Below, in pieces: positions 8,898-17,973 of a DNA stretch of 64,000 bases; positions within the stretch are counted from its first letter, which is position 1, and each line of letters starts with the position of its first letter. The notes under the pieces were generated by a model. That model was not told the DNA's origin and ran no database searches. It was given only the letters and a program-made list of their open reading frames with translations. Source of the stretch: an uncultured Candidatus Saccharibacteria bacterium (lineage in GTDB: Bacteria; Patescibacteriota; Doudnabacteria; UBA920); NCBI GenBank assembly GCA_964505635.1, contig CAZDIP010000003.1, positions 15,313 to 79,312 on the forward strand, given 5' to 3'. Position numbers and translations under genes: made by a program.

Positions 8898-9941
8898 TTA
8901 CATTTCATTAAAAATTTTTGGTTTTAAATCCTTTCTATAAATTTCCAACAAGGTTACAAAAACTGCCATTATAATTGGACCGAACAAAAAACCCAAAAAT
9001 CCGAACAATTTAATCCCTCCTAAAATAGAAAGCAAAACCAACAAAGGATGCATCTGCATTTTTGAACCTACAATCTTAGGACTAACCACATTATCAATTA
9101 ACCCCACGGCCACACTACCCCAAATAGCCATACCTATTGCAGCACCTGTGTGTCCGGTAAACAACAAAAATAAAACAGCGGGAAACCAGGCTAAAGTTGT
9201 GCCTACCGTCGGAACCAAAGCAGCCAAAACAGTAAAAGCTCCCCATAAAATTGGCTGCGGCACACCAAAAATTAAATAACCAAGAGTTGCCACCACCCCT
9301 TGAATTAAGGCTATTAAAAACGAGCCCTTAACTACTCCGGAAACTGCTGTCTCTAGCTTGTCAAACAAAGTTTGGTCGTAAACATCAGAAAGAGGTGAAA
9401 TTTCCCTGAACATTTGTTTTATTTTTTCCCCGTCGCGCAAAAAGAAAAATAAAATAAAAATCAACAAAAACAAGGACAAAAAAAAGCTGGCTAGATTGGA
9501 AAGCAAGCTGGAGACCAAATCAAACGCGCTCCCCGTTAACTTGGAGACTATGGCATTTAAATCATTGCTCAGGCTGGTTAAAATATTTTGCAACAAAACC
9601 GGCAAGCGGGAAAAAATTTCAGCTTTGCTAAAAATTAACTCTCCTAAACGAAACTTGTTGTACACCTCTACTATTTCATTAAACAAAAGTTGACCTACAA
9701 ACCATAAGGGCAAAATACAAATTAAAATTACTAAAAAAATTGTAATAATCGCGGAAAGGTTGGGACCCTTAAACTCACTTTGCATTTTTTTATACAGGGG
9801 GTGAAAAAGTACGGCAAAAATGCCGGCCAAAACCAACATTTGCCAAAACGGCCAAATTATAAGTACGGCGACAATTGAAGCCAAAGTCAAAAAGGCAAAA
9901 AAACCCATTAGTTGTTTATTATTGTTTTTAGCGGTTGTCAT
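8898..9941 (-). CDS. AI-2E family transporter (PerM/UPF0118-like) membrane protein
   Basis: About eight TM segments, a length of 347 aa, and the typical C-terminal GLIDNVVSPKIVG region. Confidence 0.55.
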   Translation of the reverse strand: MTTAKNNNKQLMGFFAFLTLASIVAVLIIWPFWQMLVLAGIFAVLFHPLYKKMQSEFKGPNLSAIITIFLVILICILPLWFVGQLLFNEIVEVYNKFRLGELIFSKAEIFSRLPVLLQNILTSLSNDLNAIVSKLTGSAFDLVSSLLSNLASFFLSLFLLIFILFFFLRDGEKIKQMFREISPLSDVYDQTLFDKLETAVSGVVKGSFLIALIQGVVATLGYLIFGVPQPILWGAFTVLAALVPTVGTTLAWFPAVLFLLFTGHTGAAIGMAIWGSVAVGLIDNVVSPKIVGSKMQMHPLLVLLSILGGIKLFGFLGFLFGPIIMAVFVTLLEIYRKDLKPKIFNEM

Positions 9942-9990
9942 ATTTTATTTCGTTTCACAAATTTTATACCAATTATATTATATCAAATTA

Positions 9991-10019
9991 TTGACTTTTT
10001 TGAAAATTTTATGTATTAT
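9991..10019 (+). promoter_or_regulatory. sigma70-like promoter for typA (TTGACT-N17-TATTAT)
   Basis: TTGACT at 9991-9996, a 17-nt spacer and TATTAT at 10014-10019, lying 45 nt upstream of the typA ATG. Confidence 0.4.
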
Positions 10020-10063
10020 TATCGGGTTGAATTTATAAATGGAATTGTTATTACTTTAAACTT

Positions 10064-11899
10064 ATGACACGCGATAATCTAAGAAATATTGCAATAATTG
10101 CCCATGTTGACCACGGCAAAACCACTTTAGTAGATGCCATGTTGAAAGCTACCCATACTGTTAAAGAAGAACAGGCGGATTTGGTTATGGACAGCATGGA
10201 TTTGGAAAGAGAACGCGGCATTACCATAAAAGCCAAAAATGCTTCCATGATGTGGGAAAATACCAAAATTAATATTGTTGATACCCCTGGTCATGCTGAT
10301 TTTGGGGGCGAAGTGGAGCGCACTCTTAAAATGGCTGACGGAGTTATTTTATTGGTTGACGCCAAAGAAGGACCCATGCCCCAAACCAAATTTGTACTTA
10401 AAAAAGCTCTGGCTTTAGGCCACAAAGCCATAGTAGTTATAAATAAAATTGATAAACCCGGAGCAAATATAGACGAGGCCTTAAACAAAACTTTTGATTT
10501 ATTCGTTAAGCTAAACGCTTCTCATCTTCAATTGGATTTTCCAATTATTTATGCTTCCGGAATACGAGGTTTGGCTTCCGAGTCAGCGGAAGAACTTTTA
10601 CTAAAATTGTCTGATATAAACACTCCTTCAGACTTAACCGCCCTGTTTAACGCAATTATTAAGCATATCCCCGCCCCTACCGTGCAAGAAGGCCAAAGTT
10701 TTGGTATGCAGGTATTTGCTTTAATGTCAGACAACTATAAAGGACGCATGGGGATAGGAAAAATTGTGTCGGGCAAAATAAAAAAAGCGCAAAATGTGCT
10801 TTTGCAAAAACAAAATGGTGAAAAAACAACCGGCAAAATAACTGCACTTTCAATGTACCAAGGTCTTAAGCAGTCTGATGTTGAGGAAGCAGAGGCAGGC
10901 GACATTGTGGCAGTTGCCGGGTTTGACGATATTCACATAGGCGATGTTTTAACCGAAATTGACAATCCAGTAAATTTACCGCCCGTGGAAATTGAACCGC
11001 CCACAATAAAAATGACTTTTGGAGTTAATACATCGCCATTTGCAGGGCGGGAAGGCAAATTTGTCACCTCCCGCAATTTGCGTGAACGATTAATGAAAGA
11101 ACTTGAAACCAACGTTGCTTTAAAAGTGGACGCTTCCGAGGAAGGCGCAGAAAGCTTTTTAGTCAGCGGCCGCGGCGAGCTACACCTGGGAATTTTAATT
11201 GAAACAATGCGCAGAGAAGGTTTTGAACTTCAAGTTTCCCAGCCACAGGTTATTTATCATGAAGTAGGCGGCGTAAAACACGAACCTTACGAAATTTGCA
11301 CTATAGACATTCCTTCTGAATACCAAGGCGTGGTTATAGAAGAAATGGGCAAACGCGGAGGCGAACTTCAGCATATGGATACCACAGCAGGCGGAGAACT
11401 TCACGCGGAATATTTAATCCCCACCCGCGGGCTGATTGGTTTAAAAAATTTACTCCTAACTCGCACCCGCGGCACAGCGGTTGTAAACAATCTGTTTGAT
11501 TCCTACAAGCCAGCCCATGAAATAGACCAGCATGTCAGCGATCACGGTTCATTAATAGCCTCTGAATCCGGTGTTTCCAACGCGTACGGTCTTAACAACG
11601 CCCAAGAAAGAGGTGTCTTATTTATTGGCCCGGCCGTGGAAGTATATGAAGGCATGGTAGTCGGCCAAAACGCTGTTGATACGGACTTAGAACTGAATGT
11701 AACCAAAACCAAAAAGCTGACCAATATGCGTTCTTCAGGAGCGGATGATGCGATTATACTCACTCCCCCTCGCCCTATTACTTTAGACTTTGCTATGGAA
11801 TATATTGGCTCCGACGAACTGTTAGAAGTTACTCCCCAAAGCATACGAATAAGAAAAAAGATTTTAAGCGCTACGGAACGCAAAAGAGCAAAAAGATAG
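10064..11899 (+). CDS. typA: translational GTPase TypA/BipA
   Basis: AIIAHVDHGKTTLVD G1 motif, DTPGHADF, NKIDK, a length of 611 aa and an EF-G-like domain order. Confidence 0.9.
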   Translation: MTRDNLRNIAIIAHVDHGKTTLVDAMLKATHTVKEEQADLVMDSMDLERERGITIKAKNASMMWENTKINIVDTPGHADFGGEVERTLKMADGVILLVDAKEGPMPQTKFVLKKALALGHKAIVVINKIDKPGANIDEALNKTFDLFVKLNASHLQLDFPIIYASGIRGLASESAEELLLKLSDINTPSDLTALFNAIIKHIPAPTVQEGQSFGMQVFALMSDNYKGRMGIGKIVSGKIKKAQNVLLQKQNGEKTTGKITALSMYQGLKQSDVEEAEAGDIVAVAGFDDIHIGDVLTEIDNPVNLPPVEIEPPTIKMTFGVNTSPFAGREGKFVTSRNLRERLMKELETNVALKVDASEEGAESFLVSGRGELHLGILIETMRREGFELQVSQPQVIYHEVGGVKHEPYEICTIDIPSEYQGVVIEEMGKRGGELQHMDTTAGGELHAEYLIPTRGLIGLKNLLLTRTRGTAVVNNLFDSYKPAHEIDQHVSDHGSLIASESGVSNAYGLNNAQERGVLFIGPAVEVYEGMVVGQNAVDTDLELNVTKTKKLTNMRSSGADDAIILTPPRPITLDFAMEYIGSDELLEVTPQSIRIRKKILSATERKRAKR

Positions 11900-11909
11900 T
11901 TTTAAATTT

Positions 11910-11934
11910 AAAGGCTCACATAATGTGAGCCTTT
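11910..11934. terminator. hairpin after typA (weak intrinsic terminator)
   Basis: AGGCTCAC-ATAAT-GTGAGCCT stem. The U-tract is short on both strands. Confidence 0.35.
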
Positions 11935-11943
11935 AAAAAATGC

Positions 11944-12330
11944 CTATTTTATGGGTAATTTATAATATACTTCCCTGCCCCTTTCGTTAACCCGAATAAG
12001 CTTACCTAAATCAGTTAAATATTTTAAATAGCGGGTAGCAGTAGCATCGGAAACTTTTAAACTTTGCTGGACTATGTCGTTAGTTAATTGAGAATGTTGT
12101 AAGGCTAGTTTGATAATTTTATCCAGGTTTTCCCGACATTTTTTTATAGCTTCTGCATTTAAAGGGTTATCGGAAAAATCATCAATTTTACCGTCCCTGT
12201 AAAACAAAGCCGCGAAGCCCGCCAAACCAAAAATTGCCAAAATAAAAGCGGCTTTTAAATTCACCAAGGCTAAAAGCAAAACCCCGAAAGCAAAAAGAAT
12301 CTGCCATTTAACTTGTTGTTTAAATATCAT
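11944..12330 (-). CDS. membrane-anchored winged-helix DNA-binding protein (hypothetical regulator)
   Basis: Two N-terminal TM helices followed by a C-terminal wHTH-like segment (SDATATRYLKYLTDLGKLIRVNERGREVYYKL). Confidence 0.4.
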   Translation of the reverse strand: MIFKQQVKWQILFAFGVLLLALVNLKAAFILAIFGLAGFAALFYRDGKIDDFSDNPLNAEAIKKCRENLDKIIKLALQHSQLTNDIVQQSLKVSDATATRYLKYLTDLGKLIRVNERGREVYYKLPIK

Positions 12331-12416
12331 GCCTTTATTTATATTTACTTAATAAAGTAAGGGGCACTGAACCAAGAATTACCAAGATCCAGTGCCAAAG
12401 ATCTCTGCGAGTATCT

Positions 12417-12914
12417 TTATTTGCCCGCAAGCAAAAGACTCGGTTCAGCGACCAGGCACATAGCCTGGTAGTGTACGGTTACCCTAAGGATACCGCTTTT
12501 GAAAGCTAGACTGTTCCTCTTCTGTTCTCTGACGGGGTTTACGCACTCGTGTTCAATAACCAGCCGGCTAGTAGCCCGGTTAAGAATTCGCAGAAAAACT
12601 CGCCCAACGGCGTTACTTCGTTTTTGGACAACTAAAGTCTGCCGAGTGTCAGGCCGTTCCATAACAAAGTCATACACCGCCAGGGTCTTGTCAGAAACCG
12701 CCCCGAGCGCCCAAAGCGTGCCTAGACTTGACAGCGCGGTCGGGGCAAGCAAAAAGTGCCCAGCCAAAACCTCAAAGCCGTTTTCATCTAGCCTCACAAC
12801 CACCTTGCCGTCAACCTGCGCCTGCCTCGCCAATGGCGGAAATTCCAGATTTTGTACCAAAGCGTCTTGCCCGAAAGCAAGAAAAGTAACCAAGAATACG
12901 CTAAGCAGCCTCAT
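12417..12914 (-). CDS. secreted protein with TonB C-terminal-like motif, in a compositionally foreign (GC-rich) segment
   Basis: Strong SD (AAGGAGG 7 nt from the ATG). Signal peptide MRLLSVFLVTFLAFGQDA. FPPLARQAQVDGKVVVRLDENG resembles the TonB_C YPxxAxxxxxEGxVxV motif. GC is about 50% against about 35% in the flanks. Confidence 0.45.
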   Translation of the reverse strand: MRLLSVFLVTFLAFGQDALVQNLEFPPLARQAQVDGKVVVRLDENGFEVLAGHFLLAPTALSSLGTLWALGAVSDKTLAVYDFVMERPDTRQTLVVQKRSNAVGRVFLRILNRATSRLVIEHECVNPVREQKRNSLAFKSGILRVTVHYQAMCLVAEPSLLLAGK

Positions 12915-12941
12915 TAAGGCCTCCTTACCTACAGTATAACA

Positions 12942-12975
12942 AAAACTCCCCTGCTTTTAACAAGGGAGTTTTAAT
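12942..12975 (-). terminator. intrinsic terminator of the 12983..13948 gene
   Basis: On the minus strand: AAAACTCCC-loop-GGGGAGTTTT followed by TTTTGTT. It lies immediately after the stop codon. Confidence 0.55.
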
Positions 12976-12982
12976 TAACTAA

Positions 12983-13948
12983 CTATTGCGCTCCTGTCGG
13001 GGTTGGGGTTGGAGTTACTGTAGGAGTTGGTGTTGGAGTTGTAGAAGGCGGAGTTGAACTTGCATTTCCAGTTGCCGTACAATTTTTTTGGTTTGCTTTT
13101 CTGGTATCACTCGCGGTTTTGGTTGCTGCTTTATAGGCATCATTTGCGGCCTTAACAGCGGCGTTATACTTTTCGTTAGCTGCTTTTACCGCGGCAACAT
13201 AAGCTTCATTTGCAGCTTTCATTGCTGCTTTGTAAGTGTCTGAACTTGTTCCAGCAGCTGCCTTATAGGCTTCGTTTGCGGCTTTTACTGCTGCCTCATA
13301 TTTTTCGTTTGCGGCTTTTACTGCAGCTTCGTAAGCAGCTTTAGCAGCGGTAATGCTTTCTGGCGTGGAGCTTGCGTTTAAAACATTATTTAGAACAGTT
13401 TTAGCCGCTTCTATTTCTGCTTTTCTGGTATTTTTAGCATTTTCTATGGCTGTATTGCGAGTTGTTTTTAAAGTACTATTAGTAGTGGTGCTGGTGCCTG
13501 TTGCCTGGGAACGAGCAGATTTTCTGGTTTCTAAAGCAGTTTTTAATTCTGTCTGTCTGGTTTCTCTAGCTTTTTTTAAAGCTTCCGAACGAACTTCTTT
13601 GGCGGCTTTGGTAGCTTCCGAATAATTTTCATTCACATCTTTATTTTGTTCTCTGCAGATTTTTAAGGCTTCTTTCTGCTGTTCTGCCTTCTTTTTTGCT
13701 TCTTCTCTTCTGCTTTCGGCTTCTTTTTTCATAGCCTCAGCCTTTTCTTCCATTAAATCCTTCAATTCTTCCCGCTTTTTTTCCATTTCCTTTTTATAGG
13801 TTTCAGACTCACTTTGCATTGAAGTCTTAATTCCTAAAATTCTACCTTCTATTTCCTGCACTGGAGTTGCCATTGCAGAAAACGCCGGCAAAACCAAACC
13901 TGCGGAAACGGCAGCGGCTGCGGCGATCTTGAATATTTTATTACGCAT
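12983..13948 (-). CDS. secreted coiled-coil repeat protein with Pro/Thr-rich C-terminal tail
   Basis: Signal peptide (MRNKIFKIAAAAAVSAGLVLPAFSA). A K/E-rich coiled-coil. Repeated AAVKAANEKYEAAVKAANEAYKAA units. A TPTPTPTVTPTPTPT tail. Confidence 0.55.
   Translation of the reverse strand: MRNKIFKIAAAAAVSAGLVLPAFSAMATPVQEIEGRILGIKTSMQSESETYKKEMEKKREELKDLMEEKAEAMKKEAESRREEAKKKAEQQKEALKICREQNKDVNENYSEATKAAKEVRSEALKKARETRQTELKTALETRKSARSQATGTSTTTNSTLKTTRNTAIENAKNTRKAEIEAAKTVLNNVLNASSTPESITAAKAAYEAAVKAANEKYEAAVKAANEAYKAAAGTSSDTYKAAMKAANEAYVAAVKAANEKYNAAVKAANDAYKAATKTASDTRKANQKNCTATGNASSTPPSTTPTPTPTVTPTPTPTGAQ
13120..13350 (-). repeat. in-frame tandem DNA repeats (about 48-nt units) encoding AAVKAANE(K/A)Y repeats
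   Basis: Repeated GCTGCTTTATAGGC.TC.TTTGCGGC.TT.AC.GC units are visible in the sequence. Confidence 0.5.
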
Positions 13949-14052
13949 TTGTTTTTTATCTCCTTTTTTCCATCCTGTGGAAAAAGTAAATTACTTTATA
14001 AAAGTATAGCAAATCAAAAACCATAACGCTAATTTTTAGACTTTGTTTCATC

Positions 14053-15024
14053 TTAAATCAACAACTGGGTTAAAATTAAGTCCAACATAACTTTGGGAGG
14101 CATGGTAGAGCTTTTAAGCTCAGAATCAAGAGCATTTAGCTTACTTAGCAGATCTAAAACCTGTGCAACCGAAAACCTTTGGGCGATTTTTTTCATAACA
14201 AACAGTCTGCCGCTTTTCCACTTAGTAAGCTCCAAAATTTGAGTTTCGGTTTGGTTGTGGGCGATCAAATCCTGCAGCATGGCCACATTCCTAAATTGCT
14301 CAGCCAAGAGAGCGTTTAACTGAATGACGGCTGATTTTTCGTCACCCCCCGTACCCTGGCTTAAAAATTTTGCCGAAAGCTCAAGGCTCAAAATTTTATT
14401 TTTGTCGGCAATTGCGTTAGTTATACTCAATGCGTCTGTCTCGCCATTTCTAAAAATTAAAAGTTCTACGTCTTGTTTAGTTATTTCCCTGCCGTTTGCC
14501 CAGGCCGCCAATTTTTTTAATTCGCTGTCTGCTTGCCATAAGCTGTATACTTCATCTACGGAGATTATTTTGCCTCCAATCCTATTTTCCTTGGCGTCAT
14601 CGCGACCCAGTCTTATGGCCAGCTCCCTAACCGCTACTGGATTAATTTTTGCATTTAATTCCTTAGCCCGACTAATTATCCATTTATCCAACTCTTCTTT
14701 ATGGGGCAAGAAAAAACTTTTTATAACAACAGCCGGATTTTCCAAAAACTCTTTATTTTCTTTTTTTCGTTTATCTAAAGACTTAACGCTAACAATAATA
14801 TAATTTTTAGACCAGGCTAATTTCTGAATATTTTTAAAACTTCGGGCTTGATTAATCAAAAAAACTTTGGGTTTTAAAAATAAATCAGTTTCAAAAAATA
14901 TGGATTCATCGGGTAATTCCTGATTTTCTTCGTAGACTGACAAAGTCGCCCCTTTTTCCTTAACCAAGGAGTCTATAAAACTTTTTTTAGTATAATCATC
15001 AGACCCTAAAAGCAAATAAATCAT
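14053..15024 (-). CDS. holA: DNA polymerase III subunit delta (HolA-like)
   Basis: N-terminal MIYLLLGSDDY typical of HolA, a length of about 323 aa and a clamp-loader delta-like helical C-terminus. Confidence 0.55.
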   Translation of the reverse strand: MIYLLLGSDDYTKKSFIDSLVKEKGATLSVYEENQELPDESIFFETDLFLKPKVFLINQARSFKNIQKLAWSKNYIIVSVKSLDKRKKENKEFLENPAVVIKSFFLPHKEELDKWIISRAKELNAKINPVAVRELAIRLGRDDAKENRIGGKIISVDEVYSLWQADSELKKLAAWANGREITKQDVELLIFRNGETDALSITNAIADKNKILSLELSAKFLSQGTGGDEKSAVIQLNALLAEQFRNVAMLQDLIAHNQTETQILELTKWKSGRLFVMKKIAQRFSVAQVLDLLSKLNALDSELKSSTMPPKVMLDLILTQLLI

Positions 15025-15176
15025 AAAGGTATAGCCCTTAAAAACCAGCTAATTGATAATACCACCAAAAGAAAAAGGGCTCAAATTGGTGTTTTAGGCT
15101 ATTGAAAAAGCATAAAAAATATTGTAGAATATCAAAGTTAATGTATATTTTGATTGCATGAGCTTAAATGTAGCAT

Positions 15177-15252
15177 GGGTCGGTAGCTCAGTTGGTAGAG
15201 CAGACGCCTCTTAAGCGTAAGCGCGTGGGTTCGATCCCCACCCGACCCACCA
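15177..15252 (+). tRNA. tRNA-Lys (anticodon CTT), CCA encoded
   Basis: Manual cloverleaf: acceptor GGGTCGG/CCGACCC; D arm GCTC-AGTTGGTA-GAGC; anticodon loop CTCTTAA; T arm GTGGG-TTCGATC-CCCAC; terminal ACCA. Confidence 0.85.
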
Positions 15253-15253
15253 T

Positions 15254-15276
15254 AAAAACCCCTACTCGGGGTTTTA
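15254..15276. terminator. hairpin between convergent tRNA genes
   Basis: AAAACCCC-TACTC-GGGGTTTT, which is symmetrical and so works on both strands. Confidence 0.5.
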
Positions 15277-15283
15277 ATTTTAC

Positions 15284-15360
15284 TGGTGACTCCGGCAGGA
15301 GTCGAACCTGCTACCTCCTGGTTCGAAGCCAGGCGCTCTATCCAAATGAGCTACGGAGTC
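15284..15360 (-). tRNA. tRNA-Arg (anticodon TCG), CCA encoded
   Basis: The reverse complement folds as: acceptor GACTCCG/CGGAGTC; D arm GCTC-ATTTGGATA-GAGC; anticodon stem CCTGG/CCAGG with loop CTTCGAA; T arm GCAGG-TTCGACT-CCTGC; terminal ACCA. Confidence 0.85.
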
Positions 15361-15423
15361 TTACAAGTAGTCTATATTATAGCCTAGATAATATCTTAGT
15401 GCCAGTAAAACCCCCCTAAGTTA

Positions 15424-15789
15424 CTAGGGATTTTGTAAAATAATTTCATTGATTTGCAAAGGAGTGTCGGTGGAATTTACTGCTTCTGGAGCCTGGGTTT
15501 TTGGATTAAATGGATTACGAGTAAACCCTTCGCTTGGCCGAAAAGAACCTGCGCTGTTAATTCTATTTACAACCTTATCGTAATCTGAAAAATTAACCCT
15601 GACGCCTTTCGCGGCATTAACCACCGGAACCTGGTCTTCCCAATTTAAAACCTTACTAACTGAGGCTTTTATCACAAAACCCTCAAACACAAGCAAAATT
15701 AAAAAGGCAAGCAAAAATAATAACTTGAAAATTTTCCTTGCAAAATTCCCCTGCCTTAAGTCAATTAAAGTAAATTTGCCAAAATTCAT
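15424..15789 (-). CDS. small membrane-anchored protein at the end of the pilus assembly operon (PilP-like?)
   Basis: A single N-terminal TM helix and a Pro-rich C-terminus. It is contiguous with pilO. Confidence 0.3.
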   Translation of the reverse strand: MNFGKFTLIDLRQGNFARKIFKLLFLLAFLILLVFEGFVIKASVSKVLNWEDQVPVVNAAKGVRVNFSDYDKVVNRINSAGSFRPSEGFTRNPFNPKTQAPEAVNSTDTPLQINEIILQNP

Positions 15790-16344
15790 TTATTTCCTCC
15801 TAACATAAAAATTAGAAGTTAAAGATACATTAATTGTATCACCATTCCCCGAAGACGCTGACATGGAGTTTAGGGTGGTTACAAAATCTAGATTTTCTAA
15901 AGCCTCAATGGCATTGACCACATTCTTAAAACTGCCCTGCAAGCCCACCGAATAAGGTACGTAAACAATATCACTCTGAGTTTTAGCTCTCGGGGCACTA
16001 CTGACTACTCCGGAAATACCAGAGAAGCTTAAATCTACATTATATTTGTCGCCCAAAGTTTCCAAAACCTGAATTTCTTTAACCAAAGTTATATCCTGAC
16101 TGAAAAAGTCCTCCGGCTGCATGGGTTTTTTTGCTAATTCTTCCAAATCTTTTTTTGCTTGCAAATAACTATCCTGCTCGGCCTCCAAAAGTTTAAGCTC
16201 TTTGCTTTGCTTCCAAATCTCATCCAATGTTTTTACGCTCATTTTGTCCTGAAGCCCAAAAAAGTAAAAAAACATGCTAACGCATAAAAATAACCAAATA
16301 AAGGCTGTTATAAAAATTTTAATTTTTGGGGAATTTAACGGCAT
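15790..16344 (-). CDS. pilO: type IV pilus assembly protein PilO-like
   Basis: N-terminal TM helix followed by a coiled-coil (KELKLLEAEQDSYLQAKKDLEEL), positioned after pilN. Confidence 0.5.
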   Translation of the reverse strand: MPLNSPKIKIFITAFIWLFLCVSMFFYFFGLQDKMSVKTLDEIWKQSKELKLLEAEQDSYLQAKKDLEELAKKPMQPEDFFSQDITLVKEIQVLETLGDKYNVDLSFSGISGVVSSAPRAKTQSDIVYVPYSVGLQGSFKNVVNAIEALENLDFVTTLNSMSASSGNGDTINVSLTSNFYVRRK

Positions 16345-16347
16345 AAA

Positions 16348-16908
16348 TTAATTAATAATCCCGTCCTTAAAATTAAAAGAGTAGTGAAAAGAAATATTTG
16401 TTGCTTTGGCCACGTTTTCAAGCGGATAATTCACGTTGTAAAAATGTTCTTTGTCCGCTTTAATATTTTCGTAAAGTTTAATGACCAAGTCCCTAGTAGG
16501 GCTAATTCCATTTATGGTAACCTGTTTCTTGTTTAAATCCACAGCAAAATTTGTAATTCTGACTCCTTCAGGCGGTATAACTGAAAAAACTTTTAGCAAC
16601 TTTGACCATTTAGGAGAGGAATTAACCAGATTATTATAATCAGAAGTTAAATCATTTACCGCTTTAATTTTCTTTTTTAAATCAGCGTTTTCATTCTTGT
16701 CAACCTGACTTTTTATTTCCCCTATTTTATAATTGATTTTAGTCAACTGGGACTGCAAATAAAGCCTTGCGCCGAATTGAACGCCCAAAACAATGACAAA
16801 ACTAAACAGAGATAGCCCAATTAGAGATAGCCAATGTTTAAAATTCAATTCAGATCTTATGGCCTCCTGTCTAAATTTTGGTAATAAATTTATGCTTTTC
16901 ATAAACAA
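16348..16908 (-). CDS. pilN: type IV pilus assembly protein PilN-like
   Basis: INLLP motif near the N-terminus, a single TM helix, and position after pilM. Confidence 0.6.
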   Translation of the reverse strand: MFMKSINLLPKFRQEAIRSELNFKHWLSLIGLSLFSFVIVLGVQFGARLYLQSQLTKINYKIGEIKSQVDKNENADLKKKIKAVNDLTSDYNNLVNSSPKWSKLLKVFSVIPPEGVRITNFAVDLNKKQVTINGISPTRDLVIKLYENIKADKEHFYNVNYPLENVAKATNISFHYSFNFKDGIIN

Positions 16909-17970
16909 TTAAAGTTGAACATTAACCCCGCTTAAAGCCAAGCCTAAAGACGTAGTGTAACTTAAAGAGTCAATTTGATTGATTGGCGGGGTTTTATCTA
17001 AACCCACGTTAACCCAAGGATTGCCAATTTCTATCTTTAAGCCGGGTCTTTCACTAAATTCGGTGACTAAATATTCCGGTAAATTTTTCATTTTTGCCGC
17101 ACCGCCGGTTAAGATAATTTTCTCCACCATATTAGCAGAGTGCTCACTGTGAAATTTTAAAATATTTTTAATTTCTGCCCCTAGATTATTCAAAACCGGG
17201 GCAACCGAAGTTTTAATGTTGGGATATTCTGAAGTATTATCCATACCGACTTTTTGTTTGATGACTTCGGCCTTTACACTTGCTATACCTAAAGATTTAG
17301 CTATGGCCTCGGTAAAACTGTTGCCACCTATCGGGATGGTTGAAGTAAATTGCAAATTGCCATCCTCTACCATAACCAAACCGCTGCGACTCGCCTCCAT
17401 ATCTACTATTAACAGGGCGGATTTTTGCTCTTTAGAAACCAAGGCTCTGGCACAAGCTTGGGATTCCACCTCCAAAGCCACGGGCTTTATTCCACAATGA
17501 TCTAAGACTGACAAATAAGAGTCAACAAATTCTTTTGGGGAAGCAATAATTAAAATATTATATTTTTCACCACTCTCGCCGATTTTTTGCCAATCCATAT
17601 AAACCTGATCCAACGGCAACGGTATAAAACTTTCAGCCTCAAAAGGAATAGCCGACTGAGCTTCCGAGTCACTCATTTTGGGAATTTGAATAACCCTGAC
17701 AAAAGACTTGGATTCAGGCAAACTCACTACAGCATATTCTGCAGAAAATCTTCCAAACTGAGGTTTATTTAAAGCTTGTTTAATCAAATAATCAAAAGTT
17801 TTTTGGTCGGTAATTACGTCATTTACCACCAAACCTTTAGGAACCTGGGTTTCGGTAAAAGCCTGCAACCTGTTACCTTGTTTAAGGCCTAACAGCTGCA
17901 TAAATTTCAAAGAATTAGCGCTAATATCCAATCCATAGGCTATTTTTTTGTCAGAAAAAAAATTAAACAT
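16909..17970 (-). CDS. pilM: type IV pilus assembly ATPase-like protein PilM
   Basis: Actin-like fold pattern (GLDISANSLK...), a length of 353 aa and PilM-like conserved segments. Confidence 0.7.
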   Translation of the reverse strand: MFNFFSDKKIAYGLDISANSLKFMQLLGLKQGNRLQAFTETQVPKGLVVNDVITDQKTFDYLIKQALNKPQFGRFSAEYAVVSLPESKSFVRVIQIPKMSDSEAQSAIPFEAESFIPLPLDQVYMDWQKIGESGEKYNILIIASPKEFVDSYLSVLDHCGIKPVALEVESQACARALVSKEQKSALLIVDMEASRSGLVMVEDGNLQFTSTIPIGGNSFTEAIAKSLGIASVKAEVIKQKVGMDNTSEYPNIKTSVAPVLNNLGAEIKNILKFHSEHSANMVEKIILTGGAAKMKNLPEYLVTEFSERPGLKIEIGNPWVNVGLDKTPPINQIDSLSYTTSLGLALSGVNVQL

Positions 17971-17973
17971 AAT

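Noticed and set aside
12340-12480. GC-rich structured-looking stretch beginning GGGGCACTG, considered as a possible tmRNA, RNase P RNA or SRP RNA
   Set aside because: None of the conserved motifs I can recall are present (tmRNA tag ORF or T-arm end, RNase P P4 sequence, SRP domain IV). The stretch continues into a minus-strand ORF with an ideal SD and signal peptide. It is better explained as the 3' end and terminator of a foreign protein-coding gene.
13100-13350. Regular repeats considered as a possible CRISPR array
   Set aside because: The repeats are in-frame coding tandem repeats inside a continuous ORF. They have no unique spacers of regular size, and no cas genes are present in the window.
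15192-15419. 75-aa plus-strand ORF spanning the two tRNA genes
   Set aside because: It overlaps two confidently folded tRNAs, so it cannot be a real CDS.
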